From: a virus
Taxonomy: Duplodnaviria; Caudoviricetes
Virus record (IMG/VR): IMGVR_UViG_3300023266_000001
Span: 1 to 53,166 of that record
DNA length: 53,166 bases
Reading direction: 5' to 3' (one strand)
Shown here: in pieces, positions 44,386-53,166 of the stretch
Layout of the letters: every line of letters starts with the position of its first letter
Position numbering within the stretch: the stretch's first letter is position 1
Position numbers and translations under genes: made by a program
The notes under the pieces: model-generated
Seen by the model: only the letters and a program-made list of their open reading frames with translations
Told to the model about the DNA's origin: nothing
Databases searched by the model: none

Positions 44386-47300
44386 TGCCCTTCCTTGAGG
44401 ATGACAGCACACTCAATCTTGGTGCTCGCCACGATGCCCCCAAAGGCTTCGCGGTGACCCCTGGCGCGTCCGATCTTGAAGACAACGGCGACAAGCCCGC
44501 ATGGAATTGGGGCGCTGCATTCCGCCGCAACAACGAAATGGCGGCCCTTGCGTCGTCGGAGTCGATGTGGACCGGGAACGAGCCGGAGCCCGGCTTCAAT
44601 CCATGGGAAAAGATCAAGGGCACCTCGGATGAGGTTAACTTCCGGCCGCTCTCGGAAGCGCGAAATCAGAACAAATTCGATGCCATCAAGGCTGATATTG
44701 CCCGCGAAAATGAGGACCGTAAACTGCTGGATTCGCAGCCGTGGTGGATGGGATTGTTGACGGAAGGTTCTGCCGGTGTCCTGAGCCCGACGACGCTAAT
44801 CCCAGGCGGCTCCTTTGTGAAGGGCGCCAAGGGCGGCATTGCAGTGGCCAAGGCGGCTGCGTCCGTCGGCGCGGCTAACGCTATCGGCGCGGCTGCACAG
44901 GAAGCAGCTTTGCACGAGATAGAGCAAACCAGAACGGCCGGCGAGAGCGCTACCGCGGTCGGTGCGTCGCTGTTCTTGGGCGGCCTGCTCGGAGCGGGCG
45001 GGCAGGCGCTGTTGTCCAAGGCGGACTGGCAGAAGGGCGTCAAGGCTCTGGAAACAGACCTAGAGGCGCCGCGAACCGGACTCACGCCGGAAGCCGTTCT
45101 TGAGGCTGCCAACTCAAACAACCCGGCGCTGCGCTCGGTTGGCGCTGCCGCGAATACTGCGGCGGATCTGGCCGACAACACGATTGCGGGGCGCGCGGCT
45201 CAGGCCACTGCGGCGGCAACCGCGAAGCTCAACCCGTTGCTGCGTGCCCTGCATAGCCCTTCGGCGGCCTATCGCGAGATTGCAACCGATCTGGTTGAAA
45301 ACCCGCTGTACCTGAAAAAGAACTTCGACGGCGTGGCATCTCAGCCCGCGGTAGAAACACTGATGAAGGAATACAACGGCGGGCTGGCCAAGGCGCTACA
45401 GGCTACCAACGACGCCTACCCGGAATTTGTGAAGGCGGGCGGGACGCTCGGCAAAGATGAGTTTCGCGAGGCGGTCGGTAAGGCCATGCGCCGCGGCGAT
45501 ACGGACGCTGATCCGGTCATTGCCAAGGTGGCTCAAGAGTACCGCGCCAAGGTGTTCGAGCCGCTGAAGAAACAGGCGATCGATGCCGGGCTTCTACCGA
45601 AAGATGTCTCGGTCGATACCGCGCAATCGTATTTCACGCGCATGTGGAATGGCCGGAAAATCTCTGCCGATGAGCAGGGGTTCAAGGGCATGGTGCAGGA
45701 TTGGGTTGCGCAGAAGGCGCCTGAATGGGCGGATCAGTTCGACAAGACGGCCGAACGCAGGTTGAATCCGGTTCGGCAGGAAATCGCCGCGCACGAGATG
45801 GCGAAGCTGCGCCGGTCGGAAGAATTGAAACGGCGCTCCGACGTTGCCGATACGTCTGAAATGACGGAGGGCGATATCCGGCAGGCGTTGCGGATTGTAC
45901 AGGGGGGCGCGGCCAAGCCGAAGGGCGTCGATACGCTCTCGCAGTTTGTGCTTAAGGCTGGCGGCCTTGTAGATGACGCAGGCGAACTCGCCCACCGCGG
46001 CATTACGAACAAGGCTCGTCCTGGCTTGATCCGCAAGGAGCGCAAGACGGCGCAAGGCGCGGGAGGCTGGACTCTGGATGATATGGCGCGGCACGCGTGG
46101 GAAAACGGCTACTTCCCAGAGCATAGCCAGCGGCCTTCGATCGATACCTTCGTTGAGGCGCTGAACGACGACTTCCACAAAATCCGGGCTGTGCTCAAGC
46201 ATGGTGACGAGGATGCGTACAAGCTCAATGAGTTGGTCGCCCAAGTGGAAGCGGACCTGGCGCGGGCTGGTGTTGCAACCGATGGCAAGGCACCGCGGTT
46301 CTCCACATCGGAGGAAATGAAGGGGGCGGTTGAGCGGGTCTACAAGGCGCTGGACGCTGAAGCAGATCGCAAGATTGCCATTCTCAGGGATAAGCTCAAG
46401 GAGCGCGAGTCTGATATCCGAGTTGACCGGGAAAGCCGGTTCGTTGGTGATCCGAAAGAACTCGGCCGGTCTATAGCCGATGAGGTGTTTGACACGCTGA
46501 CCGGGCGAACTGGCGGCGGGGTTCGGCCTGAACATATCACGATCAAGGCACGGGGGCCGTTGAAAGAGCGGACGTTCAACATTGAGGATCTATTCCAGTC
46601 CTCGAATGGCCGCGCGGTGGAAGACTATCTGGAACATGACGTTGAGCATGTGGCCCGCCGCTACACCCGGATTATGGGCGCCGACGTTGAACTGGCCCGC
46701 AAGTTCGGCTCGGTCGATATGGTCGATCAGATCGGCAAGATCCGGGAAGATTACAAAAATCTGCGCTCTGGTATCGCGGATGAGAAGCAACTGACAACGC
46801 TGGCCAAGCGCGAAAAGGACGATATCTCCGATCTGGAAGCTGTGCGCGACATGCTGCGCGGCACCAACCCGGGCTCTCCAGCGGACACCAATTATTCTCG
46901 CATCGTGCGGGCAGTGAACCACTTCAACTATCTGCGCTCAATGGGCGAGGTGGCAATAGCGTCTCTGACGGAAACCGTGCGGCCGGCAATGGTTCACGGG
47001 CTGATGCCGTACATGAGCGCGCTGGGCCAAACGCTGACGAACCTGAAGGGCTTCAAGGCCTCGGTGGCTGAAGCGCAGATCGCCGGCACGGTGACTGAGC
47101 GGGTGCTTGGTACTCGATTGGCTACGCTTTCCGAAATCATCGACCCTTATGCCTCGCGCGGTCCGGTGGAGGCGTTCCTTGAGAACATGACGAACATCGC
47201 ATCGCGGTGGAATGGCATCCGGCTATTGACAGATATGCAGAAGTCCATTGCTGCGGTGATGACGCAAAACCGACTTCTCCAAGGAGCGTCCAGCTATGCG

Positions 47301-48098
47301 GAACTCGCGCCAAAGGAGAAGGCATACCTGGCTTATCTTGGTATCGATCAATCAATGGCTGAGCGGATCGGCAAGCAGTTTGCCGAGCACGGTGAGACGA
47401 TTGATAAAGTCCACGTTGCCAATCAGGAAAAATGGACCGACGAAGTAGCGGCGCGGACATATCGCGCGGCGATCTCCAAGGACGTTGACTCGATCATTAC
47501 GACCAAGGGCGTGGCGGATACGCCGCTGTTTGCCAATACCCCAACCGGGCGCGCGATGCTTCAGTTCAAGTCGTTCGCGCTGGCCTCGCATCAGCGGGTG
47601 CTGCTGCGGGGATTGCAGGAAGATCGGGCGCGCTTTGTCGGCGGGCTGATTGCCATGACGACGATCGGCATGATGGCCACATGGCTGAAGGCCGTATCAG
47701 GCAACCGAACGGAGAAGCTCCAGGACATTGGAAAGAACCCCGGCTGGTGGATCTCGGAGGGCCTCGACAAGGCCGGCATCTTTGCAATCCCGATGGAGCT
47801 ATCCAATACCTTCGAGAAGGCAACCGGCTTGAACCCGATCAAGTCGCCAATCAAGGCGTTTGATGAGGGCTCCGCGATCTCGCAGAAGAACCAAAACCGC
47901 AGCCTGCTTGGTTCGGTGGTCGGTCCAACTGGCGGACTGATTGATGATGCCACGCAAGTTATGGGACTACCGAAAAAGATGATTGACGGCGAAGAGGTGA
48001 CGCAGGGTCAGAAGAATGCGGCCGAGCGCCTCATGCCTTTCAACTCCTACGTGGGTATCCGTCAGATGCTCCGTTATGTGGTGAATCCCCAGCAATGA
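44385..48098 (+). CDS. Large internal virion/ejection protein (gp16-like)
   Basis: 1237 aa helical; YFTRMW, QFKSF; position before the tail fibres. Confidence 0.8.
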   Translation: MPFLEDDSTLNLGARHDAPKGFAVTPGASDLEDNGDKPAWNWGAAFRRNNEMAALASSESMWTGNEPEPGFNPWEKIKGTSDEVNFRPLSEARNQNKFDAIKADIARENEDRKLLDSQPWWMGLLTEGSAGVLSPTTLIPGGSFVKGAKGGIAVAKAAASVGAANAIGAAAQEAALHEIEQTRTAGESATAVGASLFLGGLLGAGGQALLSKADWQKGVKALETDLEAPRTGLTPEAVLEAANSNNPALRSVGAAANTAADLADNTIAGRAAQATAAATAKLNPLLRALHSPSAAYREIATDLVENPLYLKKNFDGVASQPAVETLMKEYNGGLAKALQATNDAYPEFVKAGGTLGKDEFREAVGKAMRRGDTDADPVIAKVAQEYRAKVFEPLKKQAIDAGLLPKDVSVDTAQSYFTRMWNGRKISADEQGFKGMVQDWVAQKAPEWADQFDKTAERRLNPVRQEIAAHEMAKLRRSEELKRRSDVADTSEMTEGDIRQALRIVQGGAAKPKGVDTLSQFVLKAGGLVDDAGELAHRGITNKARPGLIRKERKTAQGAGGWTLDDMARHAWENGYFPEHSQRPSIDTFVEALNDDFHKIRAVLKHGDEDAYKLNELVAQVEADLARAGVATDGKAPRFSTSEEMKGAVERVYKALDAEADRKIAILRDKLKERESDIRVDRESRFVGDPKELGRSIADEVFDTLTGRTGGGVRPEHITIKARGPLKERTFNIEDLFQSSNGRAVEDYLEHDVEHVARRYTRIMGADVELARKFGSVDMVDQIGKIREDYKNLRSGIADEKQLTTLAKREKDDISDLEAVRDMLRGTNPGSPADTNYSRIVRAVNHFNYLRSMGEVAIASLTETVRPAMVHGLMPYMSALGQTLTNLKGFKASVAEAQIAGTVTERVLGTRLATLSEIIDPYASRGPVEAFLENMTNIASRWNGIRLLTDMQKSIAAVMTQNRLLQGASSYAELAPKEKAYLAYLGIDQSMAERIGKQFAEHGETIDKVHVANQEKWTDEVAARTYRAAISKDVDSIITTKGVADTPLFANTPTGRAMLQFKSFALASHQRVLLRGLQEDRARFVGGLIAMTTIGMMATWLKAVSGNRTEKLQDIGKNPGWWISEGLDKAGIFAIPMELSNTFEKATGLNPIKSPIKAFDEGSAISQKNQNRSLLGSVVGPTGGLIDDATQVMGLPKKMIDGEEVTQGQKNAAERLMPFNSYVGIRQMLRYVVNPQQ

Positions 48099-49999
48099 CC
48101 ATTGTTGACCGTCGATATTCCGTGGCCGAAGGGACCGCGGTAAAGGCCCCGTGCCGCGTCGCGACTACGGCGAATATTGCCTTGACCGGGCTGCAATCGA
48201 TCGACGGTGTAACGGTTGTCGAGAGTGACCGAGTTCTGGTCAAGGACCAGTCCACGGGCGCAGACAATGGCATCTATAGCGCATCCTCGGGCAACTGGCT
48301 GCGGACAAGAGACTTCGACGGCGCCTACGATATCGTGCAGGGCACGCGGATCTTCGTCACTGGCGGCGCAACGCTAGCCGGGAATGAATACTACGTCTCG
48401 ACGGCAAATCCGATCACGGTCGGCTCCACGTCAATTGCATTCACGCAAATGCCGGCATCTGGGATCGCGGCAAGTGTGGCGGCTGCAACGGCTGCTGCTG
48501 CAGCGGCCATCGCGGCTGAAGCGTCGGCGACGGCTTCCGCCTCCCTTCTCGGCAACTCGGCTCACAATTACGATACGCGCGCATCGGCCATCGCAGCCAC
48601 GATTCCTGTCGGCGTCAACTTCGTTAGAACGCTGGCCTACGATACCGATTTCATTCCTGACAGCGGAGCGACATTCAAGCGCGTACCGGCTGGGACGGCA
48701 TTCACCGACACATGGCCAACGGCCGGCACCATCGCGGGCGGTTCGGGCTACACCGATGGCACTTATTACGGCATCCCTTTGTCCGGGTCGGCGACCGGCT
48801 CCGGGCTGTATGCCACTGTCACGGTGTCAGGTGGGGCCGTAACGGCGCTCGACTACTATGCGATGCCGGGCAATTCATTCAAAATCGGTGACGTGCTGAC
48901 CTGCAGCAACGCCTCGATCGGAGGGACCGGGAGCGGCTTTACCTACACTCTAACTACCATTTCGACGCCGCTCGCGAGCTTCGTCAACACGGTCGACAAT
49001 AGTCGCTGGCAATACATGACGAGCAAGGGCTTCCCTCACGTCAATGAGTTTGGTGCCCGGGCCGACTGGATCGGAACGGACGCAAGCGCAACCAACAATT
49101 TCACATCCATCCAAGCCGCGTTGTTTTTCTCGGTCAACAAGAACTTCGGCACCGTGAACTTCGACGGCGGCGGCTACGCCGGCAACATCGTCAAGTGCGG
49201 CGTCGGCACCTACATGATCAACCACACGTCAAGCAGCATCTCGCTGATCATTCCGAACGGCGTTTATCTGGAGGGCATGTCTGGAGGATCGACGCTCAAG
49301 GTCCACGATAGCTGGAACGCCGCCACGCACTGCTTCTGCATCGGAAATCCAAACGCGCATTTTGCGAACTTCAGGTGCGGTTTTCGGTACATGGAATTGT
49401 TCTTCCCGCGCGGCATCTCGGCTGCGTCCGGCACTTACATGGTTTATTCCAACAACGCCCAAGACGGCGGCGGGATGGAGCACGTCTACATCTACACGGG
49501 ACAGCGCGGCGGCATTCGTTACGAAATCGGCTACGGCGGCGCGTCAACTGTTCATTTCCACCAAATGAGCATCAGTTGTGAGGGGGCGAACCCCGCGTTT
49601 CACTGCACCGTGGGCACGACTTTGGTAGATTGCCGCAATTGGTCGATCGGAGCGCCGTCTTCTGGGACCAACGATACTGTTGACGCTATCGTCCTGACCG
49701 GAACGGGCGGCATGTACTCGTTCGAAAATATCCATATGGAAGGGTACCCGAACGGGTTCCTTATCGTGTTGGCTGCAGGCAACCAGCCGATGGCATCTTT
49801 CAAGAACATCAGTGGCGGGCTTCATCTCGATTATGTGTTCACGCTCGACAGCGCGAACGACCCCGGCAACTGCTCATTTGAGCGGTGCAACACAAACAAC
49901 GGCCTGGCTCTCGGTCTCGTGCTGAATGGCCAAGCATCCGGTGTCAATCGACTTACCAACATCGAGCCGAAAGACGGCATCGTGTTCTTCAATCCGTGA
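48095..49999 (+). CDS. Tailspike/receptor-binding protein with beta-helix (depolymerase-like) domain
   Basis: N-terminal RVLVKDQ..NGIY domain; VNEFGARAD...TNNFTSIQAAL...GTYMI beta-helix start. Confidence 0.75.
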   Translation: MTIVDRRYSVAEGTAVKAPCRVATTANIALTGLQSIDGVTVVESDRVLVKDQSTGADNGIYSASSGNWLRTRDFDGAYDIVQGTRIFVTGGATLAGNEYYVSTANPITVGSTSIAFTQMPASGIAASVAAATAAAAAAIAAEASATASASLLGNSAHNYDTRASAIAATIPVGVNFVRTLAYDTDFIPDSGATFKRVPAGTAFTDTWPTAGTIAGGSGYTDGTYYGIPLSGSATGSGLYATVTVSGGAVTALDYYAMPGNSFKIGDVLTCSNASIGGTGSGFTYTLTTISTPLASFVNTVDNSRWQYMTSKGFPHVNEFGARADWIGTDASATNNFTSIQAALFFSVNKNFGTVNFDGGGYAGNIVKCGVGTYMINHTSSSISLIIPNGVYLEGMSGGSTLKVHDSWNAATHCFCIGNPNAHFANFRCGFRYMELFFPRGISAASGTYMVYSNNAQDGGGMEHVYIYTGQRGGIRYEIGYGGASTVHFHQMSISCEGANPAFHCTVGTTLVDCRNWSIGAPSSGTNDTVDAIVLTGTGGMYSFENIHMEGYPNGFLIVLAAGNQPMASFKNISGGLHLDYVFTLDSANDPGNCSFERCNTNNGLALGLVLNGQASGVNRLTNIEPKDGIVFFNP

Positions 50000-50005
50000 G
50001 CATAA

Positions 50006-51730
50006 ATGACCATCATTGATCGTCGCGGCATCACGGTAGACGGCACGCCATCCTCGGCGTCCTCGGCCATGCCGAGCGCTAACCTGGCCATCAAGACGCC
50101 GTGCCGGGCGGCGACGACCGCCAATATCACGCTATCGGATTTGCAGACAATCGACGGCGTTGCGCTCTCCGAAGATGATCGTGTTCTGGTCAAAGACCAA
50201 TCCGACGCTACCGAAAACGGCATCTACACGGCTTCATCCGGGAACTGGCTGCGGACGACGGACGTAGATGGCTCAAACGAACTGGTCAATGGCACCATCG
50301 TATTTGTGACCGCCGGTACGATCGGCGCACGTCAGCAGTTTACCTGCACGGCCTCTGATCCGATTATTCCCGGAACGTCGTCGATCAGCTTTGTGATCGT
50401 CAGCTACCAGCCATTGGATACCACACTAATCGGGCTGGCCGCGCTTAACGCGACGGCTGGCCTGGTTGTCGAAACCGCTGCGGACACGTTCGCCAAGCGC
50501 ACGCTGCAAGGACCGGCCGCCGGACTGTCGATCACTAACCCGGCAGGAACGGCAGGCGATCCGACATTCGCATTTGCCAACGACCTGGCCGCACTGGAGG
50601 CGCTGGGCTCGACGGGCTTCGCTGTGCGAACAGCGGCCGACACGTGGACGCAACGCACCATAACCGGCACGGCAAATGAGATCACCGTCACCAATGGCGA
50701 CGGTGTAGCTGGCGCCCCAACGCATTCCTTGCCCGCTGCTTTGACTTTTACCGGCAAGACAGTGACCGGCGGAACATTCGACACTATCACGACCAAGGGA
50801 ACGTGGGCGGTTTCCGGAACATGGACTATCCCGGCCGTCACGCTGGGCGGCACGGTTTCTGGCGGTGGTCAGCAGGTCAACAACGTCATCATCGGGACAT
50901 CGACGCCGCTCGCTGGATCGTTCACGACGCTTTCTGGCTCGACCTCAACTACTACGCCGATCGTCAAGTCGGCGGCCGCGATCGATTTCCAGACTAACGG
51001 AACGACTTATGCGGGCGGCGTCACAACTGGTCAGCAATGGTATTTAGGAACGACAAAGCAGGCCCCGCAGACAGGGCCGATAGCAACGGTATCCAAGAAT
51101 GCCGCGGCGCTTCCGGCCGTCGGAACGCCGGCTGGCATCGTCGGCACGGCACAGTCGGTGGCGGTTTTTGCCGGCCTCGATGCCACCCCAGCCGATGTCC
51201 ATATGATGTCATTCGGGAATGGCAGGGCGTGCGGCATCAGGTATTTCCAGGCGGACGGGACCGCGGCCACGCGCACTGCGACGGTAGGCGCAGGCAATAC
51301 GCTGGGCGCCAATTTCGCATACTCCTACACCGGAAGCGCTTATGTGGCGGCGTGCGGTTTTATCATGGCCAATACCGAGGCCACGGTTACCGGCTCGGTC
51401 TCCGGCGGCAGGGTGGATATCTACGCCACACCGACAGGATCGACGGGCATTGCCATCGCGTCATCGTTTGGTGCTGGCCTTATGGTTGGCACCACGACGG
51501 ATCGCGGCGCCGGAACGATCAATATTACCGGGGGGCTGTTCCTCGGCAGCTTCACGGTCGGCACGCTTCCCACGGGTGTTGCGGCCGGCAATACAGCTTA
51601 CGCCTCCAATGCCCGCGTTTTCAACGGCACCGGCACGCAAGAGGGCGCAGGCGTCGGGACGGGTGGACTCGTGAACTATAACGGCACGGCGTGGAAGCTG
51701 GCCGGCACCAACACGACTGCAATCGCATAA
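50006..51730 (+). CDS. Second tail fibre/receptor-binding protein
   Basis: Paralogous N-terminal domain; Thr/Gly-rich fibre. Confidence 0.75.
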   Translation: MTIIDRRGITVDGTPSSASSAMPSANLAIKTPCRAATTANITLSDLQTIDGVALSEDDRVLVKDQSDATENGIYTASSGNWLRTTDVDGSNELVNGTIVFVTAGTIGARQQFTCTASDPIIPGTSSISFVIVSYQPLDTTLIGLAALNATAGLVVETAADTFAKRTLQGPAAGLSITNPAGTAGDPTFAFANDLAALEALGSTGFAVRTAADTWTQRTITGTANEITVTNGDGVAGAPTHSLPAALTFTGKTVTGGTFDTITTKGTWAVSGTWTIPAVTLGGTVSGGGQQVNNVIIGTSTPLAGSFTTLSGSTSTTTPIVKSAAAIDFQTNGTTYAGGVTTGQQWYLGTTKQAPQTGPIATVSKNAAALPAVGTPAGIVGTAQSVAVFAGLDATPADVHMMSFGNGRACGIRYFQADGTAATRTATVGAGNTLGANFAYSYTGSAYVAACGFIMANTEATVTGSVSGGRVDIYATPTGSTGIAIASSFGAGLMVGTTTDRGAGTINITGGLFLGSFTVGTLPTGVAAGNTAYASNARVFNGTGTQEGAGVGTGGLVNYNGTAWKLAGTNTTAIA

Positions 51731-51740
51731 AGGAAAAGAC

Positions 51741-52202
51741 ATGATCGAGCGCAAATCCGGCGTGCTTTACGAACTTCTAATCCGCGGTGATTTCGACAGC
51801 GGCGCCAACCTGGGCCAGTTCAAGGGCGGCCATCTGGTCGAAGCAGAGGCCGTCGTTGATACCGATACCGGAGAAGTGCTTTCCTACAAGCAGGGAGCGC
51901 CGGTCCCGATCTCGGCTGACCGCGCCAAGGAATATTTCGGCGAGCAGTTCGCCTCGTTCAATGCGGGCTTCGACGCTTTGAAAAGCAAAAATGTCCAGCT
52001 TCAGGCCGATCTTGACGGGGCTAACGCCAAGCTTGCGAAACTCTCCGACGAACTGAAATCAGCCGGCGCTGCGTTGTCCGAGGTCTCCGCTGATGTGGGG
52101 TCGAAGCTGGCCGGACTGGCGGTGGTGGGATCTCAGATTGCCGGGCTTTCAACCGAGATGATGGAGACGGCATCGCGATCTGATCTCGCGAGGGAATCTT
52201 GA
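51741..52202 (+). CDS. Hypothetical protein, possible fibre chaperone
   Basis: 153 aa, AAAGGA RBS, C-terminal coiled coil. Confidence 0.6.
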   Translation: MIERKSGVLYELLIRGDFDSGANLGQFKGGHLVEAEAVVDTDTGEVLSYKQGAPVPISADRAKEYFGEQFASFNAGFDALKSKNVQLQADLDGANAKLAKLSDELKSAGAALSEVSADVGSKLAGLAVVGSQIAGLSTEMMETASRSDLARES

Positions 52203-52203
52203 G

Positions 52204-52302
52204 CTACCAGCGAAACCGCGCAAACATCATCAGCAGTCCGATCGCTATCGCCCCGCCAAGCGGGACCAACAGCAAGGCATAGAAAACATCGGCCCAAGTC
52301 AT
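52204..52302 (-). CDS. Small membrane peptide (32 aa)
   Basis: MTWADVFYALLLVPLGGAIAIGLLMMFARFRW; starts 1 nt after the upstream stop. Confidence 0.45.
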   Translation of the reverse strand: MTWADVFYALLLVPLGGAIAIGLLMMFARFRW

Positions 52303-52303
52303 T

Positions 52304-52444
52304 TTACCAAACCTGCTGCTGGTAGCGCTCTTCTTCGCGCTCTTCGGGAGTCATGGCCTTGATATCGCGCTCATAGGCCCGCCTCGCAGAGGCGCAAGCC
52401 ACGACCAGAACGCCGACAAAGAACAAAAGCCAGAATAAGTCCAT
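52304..52444 (-). CDS. Small membrane peptide (46 aa)
   Basis: AAGGAGGG RBS; MDLFWLLFFVGVLVVACAS... Confidence 0.55.
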   Translation of the reverse strand: MDLFWLLFFVGVLVVACASARRAYERDIKAMTPEEREEERYQQQVW

Positions 52445-52505
52445 GGGATGCCCTCCTTGAGATGGGCTCTCTTCTACCACCACAACCAACAAGCGAGCAA
52501 TATCA

Positions 52506-53166
52506 ATGGTAGCAGCGACTTACGCCGCCGCGATGGTCCGCGTATTTGCCGATGAGGGCGGCTATACGAACGATCCGGTAGACCCGGGCGGTGCAACCAA
52601 TTGGGGTATCACGATTATTGACGCCCGGAAGTATTGGAAGCCGAACGCTACTCCCGATGACGTGCGGAACATGCCAAAGGAAATTGCTGCCAAGATTTAC
52701 CGGGCACACTACGCAAACCCGATGCGGTACGACGATCTTCCGGCCGGTCTCGATTACTCGGTTCTGGATGCTGCGATCAACTCCGGGGTTGGGCGCGCTC
52801 CGGTCTGGGCCGGGAAGGCGCTGGGCGTCGCCGCCAAGTCCATCAATGATGTGGTGGCGCCCGCAAATGCGGCAAATGACAAGGTTGCCCTGATCCAGAA
52901 ATACTGGTCCGTGCGGCTTTCCTTTCTCCGTGGGCTTTCGACCTTCTGGCGCTTTGGCAAGGGGTGGACCCGGCGGTGCACGCAGGGTGAGGCGGCAGCG
53001 GTCAAGATGTGGCTCATGTTGGGCGCCGCACTCCCCGCAACCGAAACCAAGAAGCGGATGGATCAGGAGGGAGCCAAAGCCAAGACCAAGGCGGCGCAAA
53101 ACAATACAGCGGGCACTGCGGCCGGAGCAGGAACGGCCGGGACCGGCGGCGCGGCGACAACCCAAG
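52506..53166 (+). CDS. Endolysin, glycoside hydrolase family 108 (5' part; continues at 168-307, 266 aa in total)
   Basis: MVAATYAAAMVRVFADEGGYTNDPVDPGGATNWGIT contains the GH108 EGGY..DPGGxTxxGIT motif, then DAAINSG; missing from the ORF track because it spans the ends. Confidence 0.9.
   Translation, partial: MVAATYAAAMVRVFADEGGYTNDPVDPGGATNWGITIIDARKYWKPNATPDDVRNMPKEIAAKIYRAHYANPMRYDDLPAGLDYSVLDAAINSGVGRAPVWAGKALGVAAKSINDVVAPANAANDKVALIQKYWSVRLSFLRGLSTFWRFGKGWTRRCTQGEAAAVKMWLMLGAALPATETKKRMDQEGAKAKTKAAQNNTAGTAAGAGTAGTGGAATTQ
53041..53166. repeat. Terminal direct repeat, right copy
   Basis: Identical to 42-167. Confidence 0.95.

Noticed and set aside
48095-52202. Diversity-generating retroelement as in BPP-1
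   Set aside because: No reverse transcriptase and no TR/VR pair with adenine-specific differences; the only repeat is the N-terminal anchor

Overview
The window is an apparently complete, circularly permuted ~53.0 kb genome (unit length 52,999 bp; 42-167 is repeated at 53041-53166) of a temperate podovirus-like phage. GcrA and GapR homologues point to an alphaproteobacterial host, probably Hyphomicrobiales. Modules in map order: lysis cassette (a GH108 endolysin spanning the contig ends, then several membrane or holin genes); a four-gene post-lysis carbohydrate-interaction module; leftward accessory genes; a probable attP with tyrosine integrase and excisionase; a leftward early operon (many small ORFs, HNH, NinB, YqaJ exonuclease, ERF); a cI/cro switch with mirror-image promoters; a rightward early operon (GcrA-sigma4 multi-HTH protein, GcrA, GapR, DUF559 nuclease, DUF1376 initiator with iterons, Arr-like ADP-ribosyltransferase, putative late regulator); an intact 2,193-bp IS1595-family element with passenger genes; and a BPP-1/T7-like virion module with two receptor-binding proteins that share an N-terminal domain. 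The most notable observations are: (1) an attP mini-ORF encoding a metallophosphoesterase motif (ISDVHLG); (2) the GcrA-sigma4 fusion beside GcrA and GapR; (3) antisense genes nested under translationally coupled bridging ORFs; (4) the IS sitting in the loop of a terminator in front of the late operon; (5) a structured capsid leader RNA; (6) the post-lysis glycan module. All family assignments come from motif recognition by eye; no database searches were run.
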